A DNA stretch of 64,000 nt from Alphaproteobacteria bacterium (GTDB lineage: Bacteria; Pseudomonadota; Alphaproteobacteria; Bin95): positions 3,264,001 to 3,328,000 of the forward strand of contig CBDBGH010000003.1 of NCBI GenBank assembly GCA_965205265.1, read 5' to 3'. The notes beneath the pieces were generated by a model that was not told the DNA's origin, did not search any database, and saw only the letters and a program-made list of their open reading frames with translations. Each line of letters begins with the position of its first letter. The stretch's first letter is position 1. Of this stretch, positions 18,728-27,467 are shown piece by piece. The translations under genes and the position numbers were made by a program.

Positions 18728-19912
18728 TCACGGATCCGCCCGCTCCGTGAGGATGTCGGCGCCGATGCTGTCGGCGACCCTCGCCGTCGAGGCCCGCACC
18801 GACTCCCGCGCGAGGTGCGCGTAGCGGGCCGTGGTGTCGATCTTCCGGTGACCGAGCAGTTCGCCGATCATGCTCAGGCTCTCGCCGAGCGCGAGCGCCC
18901 TGCTGGCGAAGCTGTGGCGCAGGTCGTGAAGGCGGACGCCGTCGAGGTCCGCGTGCCTGCGGATGCGGTCCCAGGCATCGTTGATGTTGGTCTGGTGAGT
19001 ACCCTTCTTCCGCCCCGGGAACACCCATGGATTGCCGGCGACGCGGGGCAGTGCCGCCAACACCGCCGCCGCCGCGGGCGGCATCGGCACGATGCGCGCG
19101 CCGGTCTTGCTGTCGGCGAACCGCATCTCGCCCGCCTCGAAGTCGAGGTCGTCCCAGGCCAGCCCCATGATCTCGTTGCGCCGGCACCCGGTCAGCACCA
19201 GCAACCGGATCGCCGCCGCCGAGTGACGGGAGGCGAGACGCTTCGCGGGGGCAATGTCGAGCGTGCGTCCGAGCCGTGCGAGTTCCCCGGACGTCAGGAA
19301 CCGCTCCTTCCGGGGGGCCACCTTGTAGCGGGGCACCGACCGGCATGGGTTGCGCCCCGGCGGACGCATCTCCCAGAGTTCCGCCATGTTGAACATCTTC
19401 ACCAGGATGTCGACGCAACGGTTCGCCACCGTCGGCATGCCGCTCAGACCGAACTGGAACGCGAGGATGTCCTTGCGCGCCACCTGCGACACGGGATGCG
19501 CTCCCAGGCCCGGCACGATGTGCTTCTTCAGCATCAGGCCGTAGTGCCTGATCGTATTCGGCTTGCAGTGCATGGCGACGTATTCGCGCTCGTAGCGCTC
19601 GGCCAGATCGGCCACGGTCGGCGCGGGTTCGGTCTCCGGCTCGACAGGCGGCAATCCGGCCTTGATGCGCGCAAGCAGCTTCGCCGCCTCCCTGCGCGCC
19701 TCGGCGGGCGCGATGTCCCCGTGCCGGCCCACGGTCGCGCGGACCGACCTGCCCTTCGCACGGGCCTGCGCCACATAGACCTTGCGCCCCGTGGGGTAGA
19801 CGCGAATCCCGAACCCCGGCAGTTCGCTGTCCCAGAACACGCCGTCCTTTCCGTTGACCGCGAGACGGTCCACGATACGCTTGGTAAGCGTTCGGTCCTG
19901 GCGTTCGGGCAT
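18728..19912 (-). CDS. Tyrosine integrase with arm-binding N-terminal domain (Int2)
   Basis: WDSELPGFGIRVYPTG; GCRRNE, HDLRHSFAS, LGH, RY; paralog of Int1. Confidence 0.95.
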   Translation of the reverse strand: MPERQDRTLTKRIVDRLAVNGKDGVFWDSELPGFGIRVYPTGRKVYVAQARAKGRSVRATVGRHGDIAPAEARREAAKLLARIKAGLPPVEPETEPAPTVADLAERYEREYVAMHCKPNTIRHYGLMLKKHIVPGLGAHPVSQVARKDILAFQFGLSGMPTVANRCVDILVKMFNMAELWEMRPPGRNPCRSVPRYKVAPRKERFLTSGELARLGRTLDIAPAKRLASRHSAAAIRLLVLTGCRRNEIMGLAWDDLDFEAGEMRFADSKTGARIVPMPPAAAAVLAALPRVAGNPWVFPGRKKGTHQTNINDAWDRIRRHADLDGVRLHDLRHSFASRALALGESLSMIGELLGHRKIDTTARYAHLARESVRASTARVADSIGADILTERADP

Positions 19913-20259
19913 GTCCTCGTTCCTACACCGGGGCGCGAAAGCGTTCGTTCAAGGTGTGACGATGATGAGGACGACGAGGCCAATTCCGTGGTTTGCCGGG
20001 CTTCGCCCGACTTCGCTCTGTGCCATCGTCCCCTCCATCAACGCATGACCGAACGCTTTCCCGGGGCGCCGGAAGCCGGTTCGGGCCCGGACGCGGGTCA
20101 CGTAAGCGGACCGAAAGCGACCGGCTGGAAATCGGGGCGCATTGAAGCGCATCCGGGGCAGGGATGCAAGGACGGAGATGGGCCACCAGACACACAAATA
20201 TAGAGAATTGACAATGGTTTATATCAGAAGAGCGCATCCAGGCGCATGCGAGGCAAGGT

Positions 20260-20279
20260 AGACAAAAATTGAGTTGTCT
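20260..20279. other. Candidate tyrosine-recombinase core site
   Basis: AGACAA-N8-TTGTCT inverted repeat at the end of an AT-rich tract upstream of int2, overlapping the vapC start. Confidence 0.4.
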
Positions 20280-20700
20280 TTTCGACACGAATGTGGCCTC
20301 CCAACTCATGCGCCCGGCCCCGGCCGTCGCCGTCGCGGCGTGGATTGCGGAGCGGGACGCCGGAGAGCTTTTCCTGACGGCGATCAGCGAAGCGGAACTC
20401 CTCTACGGCGTCGCCATCATGCCCGCCGGCAGGCGGCGAAACATGTTGGAAGCCGCCATGACCCGGTGGCTCGACCTCGGTTTCACCGGGCGAACCCTGC
20501 CCTTCGACAGCGCCGCCGCCCGCGCCTATGCGGAAATTGCTTCGGGCCGCCGCCGTGCCGGCCGGCCGATCGGCGAAGCCGATTGCCGGATCGCCGCCAT
20601 ATCCCGCTCGCGCGGCGCTATCCTGGTTACCCGCAATGTGCGGGATTTCGAAGAAACGGGCATCCATATCGTCGACCCCTGGTTGGATGCACGGGTTTGA
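20269..20700 (+). CDS. vapC: PIN-domain VapC/FitB-like toxin (orphan)
   Basis: FDTNV, SEAELLYG, ADC.IAA, LVTRNVRDF acidic residues; TTG start; no antitoxin upstream. Confidence 0.88.
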   Translation: MSCLFDTNVASQLMRPAPAVAVAAWIAERDAGELFLTAISEAELLYGVAIMPAGRRRNMLEAAMTRWLDLGFTGRTLPFDSAAARAYAEIASGRRRAGRPIGEADCRIAAISRSRGAILVTRNVRDFEETGIHIVDPWLDARV

Positions 20701-20717
20701 CGATCCGCGCTGGACAG

Positions 20718-20777
20718 GACGAGACGGAGCGGGAAGAGGGTGGCTTCGGCTCTACAGGGACGGGGGTAGGAAGATAA
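20718..20777 (+). pseudogene. dut: 3'-terminal fragment of dUTPase gene (motif V)
   Basis: Translates DETEREEGGFGSTGTGVGR*, matching the dUTPase C-terminal T.RG.GGFGSTG motif. Confidence 0.7.
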
Positions 20778-21078
20778 TGACCGCGTTGGGGGCATGTCGT
20801 TGGGGAATACTCAATGTTCTTGAGCCGTAGACGCAACATTACGAGTAAACGCACTTGTGTGGAGTGTGACAAGAGTATTCTGTATCAGGTCCAGAAGGCT
20901 GCCCATATGTTGCTCACTGTCGTTGACGGAAAGCACCTACACTATAGGGAGTTATAGCTATTGCGGCATTTAAGTGCCCTAGCTCTACTCGACGGGCATC
21001 GCGAAGGATGCTAACCTCTTCTGCCATGCGCCAAACACCAGGACAAAGTCAGCCACCATGGATAAAGGGTCAGCCAAC

Positions 21079-21693
21079 ATGAAATCACTTCTGCGTGTTG
21101 CTTGCGTGACGTTACCGATCTTTGCATTCTCGGTTGCCTATGCGCAGGAGGCTCAAGTTGAACAGATTCAAATATACAAAAATACAAAAGGAATCGTGTA
21201 CTTGAACGAAGCATTTCACATAAACGAAAAATCTGGCCCGGTTCAGGTAAGAAGAGTAGTAGCGCGCCATGTACCAGCCCAGACTGCTACGCTCGCAAAC
21301 GCATATTATGATACTCTTTTTCGATACTTGGAGGATGATGAGAAGGATAAGCTCCGACGATTGGCAAAGGAGACATTGACTATAACCATTGATGCGGAAG
21401 GTAAGGAAGTTGTGGCGGTAAAGTTCGGGATCATTGTTTATGATGCGTTTAAGGAATTTTTGGGTGGCTTAACTGGAGTTACCATGAATCCACCGAAGTT
21501 GGAAATGCAGTGGGAGTATAACCCTGCTTATTTGTTTAAATTTGAGAAGTTTGGCGTAGTGGGTGTGTATGTTCGACAGGCAAGACTGAAGGATGGTTCC
21601 ATTTGGAATTTTGATGAAGACCTCATAACCAGTAAATTATCCAAGAGATTGGGTGAAATCACAAAGGAACAAATTGTCGGTTCTGATAACTGA
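21079..21693 (+). CDS. Hypothetical exported protein, low GC
   Basis: Signal peptide MKSLLRVACVTLPIFAFSVAYA; AT-rich codon usage unlike the host. Confidence 0.8.
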   Translation: MKSLLRVACVTLPIFAFSVAYAQEAQVEQIQIYKNTKGIVYLNEAFHINEKSGPVQVRRVVARHVPAQTATLANAYYDTLFRYLEDDEKDKLRRLAKETLTITIDAEGKEVVAVKFGIIVYDAFKEFLGGLTGVTMNPPKLEMQWEYNPAYLFKFEKFGVVGVYVRQARLKDGSIWNFDEDLITSKLSKRLGEITKEQIVGSDN

Positions 21694-21759
21694 ATCGACT
21701 GTACATTAACTTAGGATTTTTCTGTGACTGTAGCAACGCATCCGAACACTGCGAAGCCA

Positions 21760-21783
21760 GCTTCGGCTCGACGGAGCGGGTAG
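21760..21783 (+). repeat. Second copy of the dut 3'-end core (direct repeat with 20743-20758)
   Basis: GCTTCGGCTCGACGG vs GCTTCGGCTCTACAG; both are followed shortly by GGGTAG. Confidence 0.55.
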
Positions 21784-21917
21784 TCGAGGGTACAGACCCC
21801 CTGCCCGAAACGCCAGCTTCATGCCCCGAAGGACCAATCCGTATGAGCCATGTACATGGGCGGAACGGGCCCCGCCCCGATACAGCGGGCGCGGAGGCCG
21901 ACAGGGAAGGCGGGGCC

Positions 21918-22571
21918 GTGCTTGCAGTGGTGATCCCGACGCTGAACGCCGCCGCCGGGCTGCCGGGGGCGCTGGAGTCGCTCGGGCCGGGGCGGGCGCG
22001 GATCGCGGAGGTCGTGGTGGCGGACGGCGGCTCGACCGACGGCACGCGGGCCGCGGCGGAGGCCGGCGGGGCGCGCGTGGTCGCGGCGCCGCGGGGGCGG
22101 GGCAGCCAGCTTCGCGCGGGCGTGGCGGCCACGAGCGCGCCCCTTCTGCTGGTGCTCCATGCCGATTGCCGCCTCGGACCGGGCTGGCCGGAGGCGCTGC
22201 GGGAGGACGGGCAGGCCGGCTGGTTCCGCCTGCGCCTCGACGACCCCGCCCCGGCGGCGCGGCGCGTCGAGCGGCTGGCGAACTGGCGCGCCCGGCGCCT
22301 CGCCCTGCCCTATGGCGACCAGGGCCTCGTGCTGCCGCGCGCGCTCTATGACGCGGTCGGCGGCTACCGCGACATGCCGCTGATGGAGGATGTGGACCTT
22401 GTCCGGCGCATCGGCCGGGCCCGCCTCGCGGAACTGGACGCCGAAATTACCACCTCCGCCGCCCGCTACCGCCGCGACGGCTACTGGCGCCGGCCGCTGC
22501 GCAACCTCGCCTGCCTCTCGCTCTATTTCGCGGGCGTGGCGCCGGAGCGGATCCGGAGGCTCTACGGATGA
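21918..22571 (+). CDS. Glycosyltransferase family 2, TIGR04283 type
   Basis: VVIPTLN, VADGGSTDGT, LHAD, PYGDQGL, MEDV, TSAARY. Confidence 0.92.
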   Translation: MLAVVIPTLNAAAGLPGALESLGPGRARIAEVVVADGGSTDGTRAAAEAGGARVVAAPRGRGSQLRAGVAATSAPLLLVLHADCRLGPGWPEALREDGQAGWFRLRLDDPAPAARRVERLANWRARRLALPYGDQGLVLPRALYDAVGGYRDMPLMEDVDLVRRIGRARLAELDAEITTSAARYRRDGYWRRPLRNLACLSLYFAGVAPERIRRLYG

Positions 22572-23304
22572 GGTCCGCCGGCATGCGGCGCAGCGCCCGG
22601 CGTCCCGACCCCCTTCCCGTCATGCCTCCATATCGTCATGCCTCCATATCGTCATGGCCGGTCCCATATCGTCATGGCCGGTCCCCATATCGTCATGCCC
22701 GGACTTGTTCCGAGCATCTCCCGCCACCGCCTCCACCGGGCGGCCGCATGGATACCCGGAACAAGTCCGGGTATGACGGAGAGGAGGCGTCCGGGTATGA
22801 CGGAGGGGGCTGCCCTAAGCCTGTCGAAGGAGCCTGTCCTGAGCTTGCCGAAGGGGGTTGCACGGCCGCTGGCCCCTCTCCCGACCTCTCCCCGCAGGCG
22901 GGGAGAGGAGATTTCATGGCGGCGCTCCATTCCGCCTGCCTTGCCTCCTCCCCCGCCTGCCCCGGATCGCAGTCCGGGGCCTGCGGGACGGCCTCTCATT
23001 TCTCCTCCCCCGCTTGCCCCGGATCGCAGTCCGGGGCTTGCGGGGGAGACCGGGTGGGGGGCCGCTTGCGCGTCAGCGCAAGCGGCGGGCGAAGCCCGGT
23101 GAAGGCCCCCCGGCTCGGAGGCCGGGGCAGGCTCGCCGGGAGGCCCTCCCCCGGCTCCTCCCGCAAGCGGGAGGGGGGCGATGGGGCAGACCTCCGCAGG
23201 CGGGAGGAGAGAAACGGGGCTGCGGGAGGGGGGCGAGGCAAGCCGCCGCCGAACGCGGGGCCCGCTTCGGACGCCCCGGCATGAGGTCCTGCGGCATGCG
23301 GCGC
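22568..23304. repeat. Mosaic of REP-like palindromic repeats flanked by a 24-bp direct repeat
   Basis: CGTCATG stutters, CCCGGACTTGTTCCG/CGGAACAAGTCCGGG pair, CCTGAGCTTGCCGAAGG, CTCTCCCCGCAGGCGGGGAGAG, two CCCGGATCGCAGTCCGGG hairpins; ATGAGGTCC..CGGCATGCGGCGC at 22568 and 23281. Confidence 0.85.
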
Positions 23305-23889
23305 GGGACGGTGGTGGTGATGCTGCGCGAGGCGCGGCTCGGCGCGGTCAAGACCCGGCTCGGGGCCGATATCGGGCCGGCGCGCGCCACCGCCTTCTAC
23401 CGGCGCATGGCGGCGGAGACGGTGCGCCGGCTGGCGGCGGACCGGCGCTGGCGGGTCGTGCTGGCGGTGACGCCGGACGGGGCGCGCGGCTCCCGGTCCC
23501 GGCGGCTCCGGCGCATCGGGCAGGGCCGGGGCGATCTCGGCCGGCGCATGGACCGGGCGCTCGCCCGCGTGACGCTCCCCGCCCTGCTGGTCGGCAGCGA
23601 CATTCCGGGCCTCCGGCCGCGCCATATCGCGCATGCCTTCCGCCGGCTGTGCGCGGCGCGGGCGGTGTTCGGCCCGGCGGAGGACGGCGGCTTCTGGCTG
23701 GTGGGCATCCGGCAGCGCAGGCGGCTCTTCGCCGGCCCCGTGCGCTGGTCGCATCCCGAAACGCTAGCCGACGCGCTGGCGCAGCTCCCCTTCCCGGCCG
23801 CGCTTGCCGACCGGCTGGCGGATGTTGACGACGGCGCGGCCTGGGCTGCCTATACTCGCCGGCCATGCGCTATTCGATCCTCTCCATAG
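23281..23889 (+). CDS. DUF2064 / TIGR04282-type transferase
   Basis: GAVKTRL, QGRGDLGRRM, LVGSDIP, GPAEDGGFWLVG, DVD; usual partner of TIGR04283. Confidence 0.9.
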   Translation: MRSCGMRRGTVVVMLREARLGAVKTRLGADIGPARATAFYRRMAAETVRRLAADRRWRVVLAVTPDGARGSRSRRLRRIGQGRGDLGRRMDRALARVTLPALLVGSDIPGLRPRHIAHAFRRLCAARAVFGPAEDGGFWLVGIRQRRRLFAGPVRWSHPETLADALAQLPFPAALADRLADVDDGAAWAAYTRRPCAIRSSP

Positions 23890-24871
23890 GCGACCACTAT
23901 CCGGGCCGCCCGCGCTCGGTCGCCGGCCTCTATGACGAGGTCATCGGCCAATGCGTGCTCGCCGAAGACCTCGGCTATGAGGCGTTCTTCACCGCCGAGC
24001 ACCATTTCCACGAATACGGCGCCGTGCCGGACCCGGCCGTGCTGCTGGCCGCCATGGCGGCGCGGACCTCCCGTATCCGGCTCGGCACGGCGATCTCGGT
24101 GCTGCCCTTCCGCAACCCGCTCACCGTGGCGGAGAGCTACGCCATGGTGGACATGCTCTCCGGCGGCGGCTGGTGCTGGGCGTCGGCTCCGGCTATCTGG
24201 CGCATGAGTTCGAGGGCTTCGGCGTCTTGCCGGAAGAGAAGCGCGAGCGCTTCGACGAGGCGCTGGAAGTGCTGCGGCTGGCGCTCTCCGGCGGGCCGGT
24301 GAATTTCGACGGGCGCTACCACAAGGTGGAGGGCGTGGCGCTGAATGTCGCCCCGGTGCAGCGCCCGGTGCCGATCCATGTGGCCGTGCTGCGCGCGGAG
24401 GCCGCCTGGCATGTCGGCAGGGCCGGCAATTCCATCTTCTGCGTGCCCTACGCCTCCGTCGCCGGCATGGCGGATGTCGGGACGCTCTTCCGGTCCTTCG
24501 CCGAGGGGCGCGCGGAGGCCGGGCTGGACGGGGCCGGGGACGCCGCGGCCTTCGCCTTCCACACCTTCGTTGCGGAGACCGACGACGAGGCCCGCGAAAT
24601 GGCGGCCGAGGCCTTCGAGCTCTATGTCGCGACCCGGCTCTACGCCCGCCGGCAGGTCTGGGACGACATCATGGCGTCCGGCCTCTCGCTCATGGGCTCG
24701 GTCGAGACCGTGGCGGAGACGCTGCGCCTGCTCGCCGGCTGGGGCCTCGGCCATGTGCTGACCCTGCACAATTTCGGCGGCCTCGCGCCGGAAGCCGTCG
24801 AGCGGTCCATGCGGCTCTTCGCCGAGGAGGCGCTGCCGCGCGCGCTCGCGGCCGGGCCGCGCCTGTCATGA
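23865..24871 (+). pseudogene. LLM-class flavin-dependent oxidoreductase, frameshifted near 24167 (possibly a sequencing error)
   Basis: AEHHF, RTSRIRLGTA, AE..AMVDMLSGG, then shift to LGVGSGY..HEF; one base missing in SGG(R)L. Confidence 0.88.
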
Positions 24872-26175
24872 AGACCTCCGACCCCGCCTCCGTCCTCTGG
24901 CAGGCGACCGCCCCGCCGGCCCCGCCGGCGCCCGCGCTCGAAGGCGGGTGCGAGGCGGATGTCTGCGTCGTCGGCGGGGGCTTCACCGGGCTTTCGACGG
25001 CGCTGCACCTGGCCGAGGCGGGCGCGCGCGTCGCGGTCCTGGAGGCGGAGGACCCGGGCTTCGGCGCGTCGGGGCGCAATCACGGCCAGGTGGTGCCGAT
25101 GCTCTCGCGCTACGGGCCGGAGGAGACGGTGGCGCGCTTCGGCCCGGAGGAGGGCGAGCGGTTCAACCGTTTCACCGCCGAGGCGGCGAAGCTGGTCTTC
25201 GAGCTTATCGAGCGCCTCGGCATAGAGTGCGACGCGCGGCCGGTCGGCTGGCTGCTGCCGGTGGACAGCCCGGCCCGCGACGGCATGGTGCGCGCCCGCG
25301 CCGAGGCCTGGGCCGCGCGCGGCATGCCGGTCCGCTACCTGGAGCGCGACGAGACCGAGGCCGTGACCGGCAGCCGCTACTGGCAGGGGGCGCTGCACCA
25401 CGCCTGGGGCGGCAATATCCAGCCGCTCGCCTATGCGCGCGGGCTGGCGAAGGCGGCCATCGGGGCCGGCGCGGCGGTCCATGCCCGCTCGCCCGCAACG
25501 GCGCTCGAACGCACGGGCGGGCGCTGGCGGGTCGAGACGCCCGGCGGCGCGGTGACGGCGGAGCAGGTCGTGCTCGCGACCAACGGCTATACCGGCGGGC
25601 TCTGGCCGGGGCTCAGGCGCGCGGTCGTGCCGTTCCGGATCTTCCTTGCCGCCACGGCGCCCCAGGGCGGCAATGTGCGCCGGCAGATCCTGCCCGGCGA
25701 CATGAGCGTCTCGGACAGCCGCAATATCCTCTGGCCGTTCCGCTGGGACCGGGAGGGCCGCATGGTGATGGGCGGCGACATCGTGCTGCCCTGGCGCGCG
25801 CGCGGCCGCGCCGAGACCGTGGCGCGCCGCCGCCTCCAGGCCGCCTTCCCGGAGCTCGGCGAGGCTGAGTTCGAGTTCGTCTGGGACGGCAAGGTCGCGA
25901 TGACCGTGGACCGGCTGCCGCGCGCCATGGAGCTCGGGCCCGGCGTCTGGACGGCGCTCGGCTACAACGGGCGCGGCGTCGCGCTGGCGACCGCGATGGG
26001 CCGCCTGCTGGCCGGGCGCTGCCTCGAAGGGTTGCAGGCCGACGACCCGGTACCGGCGGCGCTGCGCCGGCCGCATCCCGTGCCGTCGAACCGCCTGGCC
26101 GTGCCGGTCGCCCGCGCCATGCTGCTGCGCTACCGCCGCCAGGATGCGCGCGCGGCCCGCAGCCGGCCGGCCTGA
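24868..26175 (+). CDS. FAD-dependent oxidoreductase (DAO/PuuB-like)
   Basis: VVGGGFTGLSTAL, GASGRNHG, VVLATNGY, GYNGRGVA. Confidence 0.9.
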   Translation: MKTSDPASVLWQATAPPAPPAPALEGGCEADVCVVGGGFTGLSTALHLAEAGARVAVLEAEDPGFGASGRNHGQVVPMLSRYGPEETVARFGPEEGERFNRFTAEAAKLVFELIERLGIECDARPVGWLLPVDSPARDGMVRARAEAWAARGMPVRYLERDETEAVTGSRYWQGALHHAWGGNIQPLAYARGLAKAAIGAGAAVHARSPATALERTGGRWRVETPGGAVTAEQVVLATNGYTGGLWPGLRRAVVPFRIFLAATAPQGGNVRRQILPGDMSVSDSRNILWPFRWDREGRMVMGGDIVLPWRARGRAETVARRRLQAAFPELGEAEFEFVWDGKVAMTVDRLPRAMELGPGVWTALGYNGRGVALATAMGRLLAGRCLEGLQADDPVPAALRRPHPVPSNRLAVPVARAMLLRYRRQDARAARSRPA

Positions 26176-26211
26176 GGCGCGGGAACGGCGGGGAGCGGCC
26201 GGAGCGGCGGC

Positions 26212-27438
26212 ATGGCTGACAGCGCGTCCCGGTATCCCGCGGCCCGGGCGGCGGCGGCCTTCCTCATCATGGTCGTCGGCACGGCGGGCATGTTCGCCGG
26301 CACGGTCGCCCTCAAGCCGATGCAGGAGGCGTTCGACATCTCGCGCGGCGCGGCGACCCTGCCCTACATGGCGTTCATGGTCGGGTTCGGCCTCGGCGGC
26401 TTCTGGATGGGCCGCTTCGCCGACCGGCTGGGCGCCATGCGGGTCGCGTTCGCCGGCGGGCTGACCCTCGGCCTCGGCTACTGGATCGCCGGGCACGCGG
26501 CCGAGCTCTGGCAGGCGGCGCTGGCGCACGGGCTGCTGATCGGCCTGCTGGGCGCCTCGACCACCATGGCGCCGATGGTCGCGGACACCTCGCTCTGGTT
26601 CGAGCGCCGCCGCGGCCTTGCGGTCGCCATGGTCATCAGCGGCGCCTATGTGTCGGGCATGGTCTGGCCGCCGGTGCTCGAAGCCCTCGTTTACGCCTAT
26701 GGGTGGCGCGACATGTATCTCACGCTCGGGGCGCTGACCTTCCTCTCGCTGCCGCTGCTGGCGCTGGTGCTGCACCGCCCTGCCCCGCGCACCGTGCTGA
26801 CGGGCCCGCTGGAGGCGGCGGAGGCGGCCCGGCCGCTCGGCATGCGGGCGCCGGCGCTCCAGGCGCTTCTCTGCTGCGCGGGGCTCGGCTGCTGCGTCGC
26901 GATGGCCGCGCCCCAGGTCCATGCGGTGGCGATGGCGGACGATATCGGCCTCCGGCCGGCGGACGGCGCGCTGATGCTGTCGCTGATGTACGGGTTCGGC
27001 ATTGTGAGCCGGCTCGGCTCCGGCTGGATATCGGACCGCATCGGCGGCCTGCGCACCCTGGCGCTCGGCTCGGCCGGCCAGGCGGCGGCGCTGCTGCTGT
27101 TCCTGCCGGCGGACGGGCGCATCGCGCTGCTGGTCGTCGCCGGGCTGTTCGGCCTTTCGCAGGGCGGCATCGTGCCGTCTTACGCCATCATCATCCGGGA
27201 GTATTTTCCGGCCCGGCAGGCGGGCGGGCGCATCGGGCTGGCGCTGCTGTTCACCATGCTCGGCATGGCTTTGGGGGCCTGGCTCGCCGGCGCGGTCCAC
27301 GACCTCACCGGCAGCTACCGGGTTGCCTTCGCCGGCGCGGTCGCGGTCAACATCGCGCATCTGGGGGTCGCCGCATTCCTGGTGCGCCGGGCGGCCGCCA
27401 TGCGCCGGTCGGGGGGCGTGGCGGCGCTCGCGGCCTGA
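26212..27438 (+). CDS. MFS transporter
   Basis: About 12 TM helices, GRFADRLG and GWISDRIG motifs. Confidence 0.9.
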   Translation: MADSASRYPAARAAAAFLIMVVGTAGMFAGTVALKPMQEAFDISRGAATLPYMAFMVGFGLGGFWMGRFADRLGAMRVAFAGGLTLGLGYWIAGHAAELWQAALAHGLLIGLLGASTTMAPMVADTSLWFERRRGLAVAMVISGAYVSGMVWPPVLEALVYAYGWRDMYLTLGALTFLSLPLLALVLHRPAPRTVLTGPLEAAEAARPLGMRAPALQALLCCAGLGCCVAMAAPQVHAVAMADDIGLRPADGALMLSLMYGFGIVSRLGSGWISDRIGGLRTLALGSAGQAAALLLFLPADGRIALLVVAGLFGLSQGGIVPSYAIIIREYFPARQAGGRIGLALLFTMLGMALGAWLAGAVHDLTGSYRVAFAGAVAVNIAHLGVAAFLVRRAAAMRRSGGVAALAA

Positions 27439-27467
27439 GCGGCAACGGACCGACGGGAGGGGAACGG

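Larger units (their letters stand above)
1..20279. mobile_element. Integrative conjugative element (right portion): F-type T4SS, CI/Cro-Xis switch, two tyrosine integrases
   Basis: Contiguous tra operon, phage-type regulators and integrases embedded next to chromosomal genes. The left end is outside the window and the right boundary (20.26-21.78 kb) is uncertain. Confidence 0.85.

Noticed and set aside
21816-21850. Possible third copy of the CATGCCCGAA module (GCTTCATGCCCCGAA...TATGA)
   Set aside because: Lacks the GCATGC and CATGACA repeats and the promoter; similarity too short.
22618-22700. CRISPR-like array
   Set aside because: Units are 16-21 bp with no unique spacers and no cas genes; they are REP-end stutters.
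24155-24180. Programmed frameshift in the LLM gene
   Set aside because: No slippery heptamer; a single missing base in a GGC run fits a read error or simple mutation.
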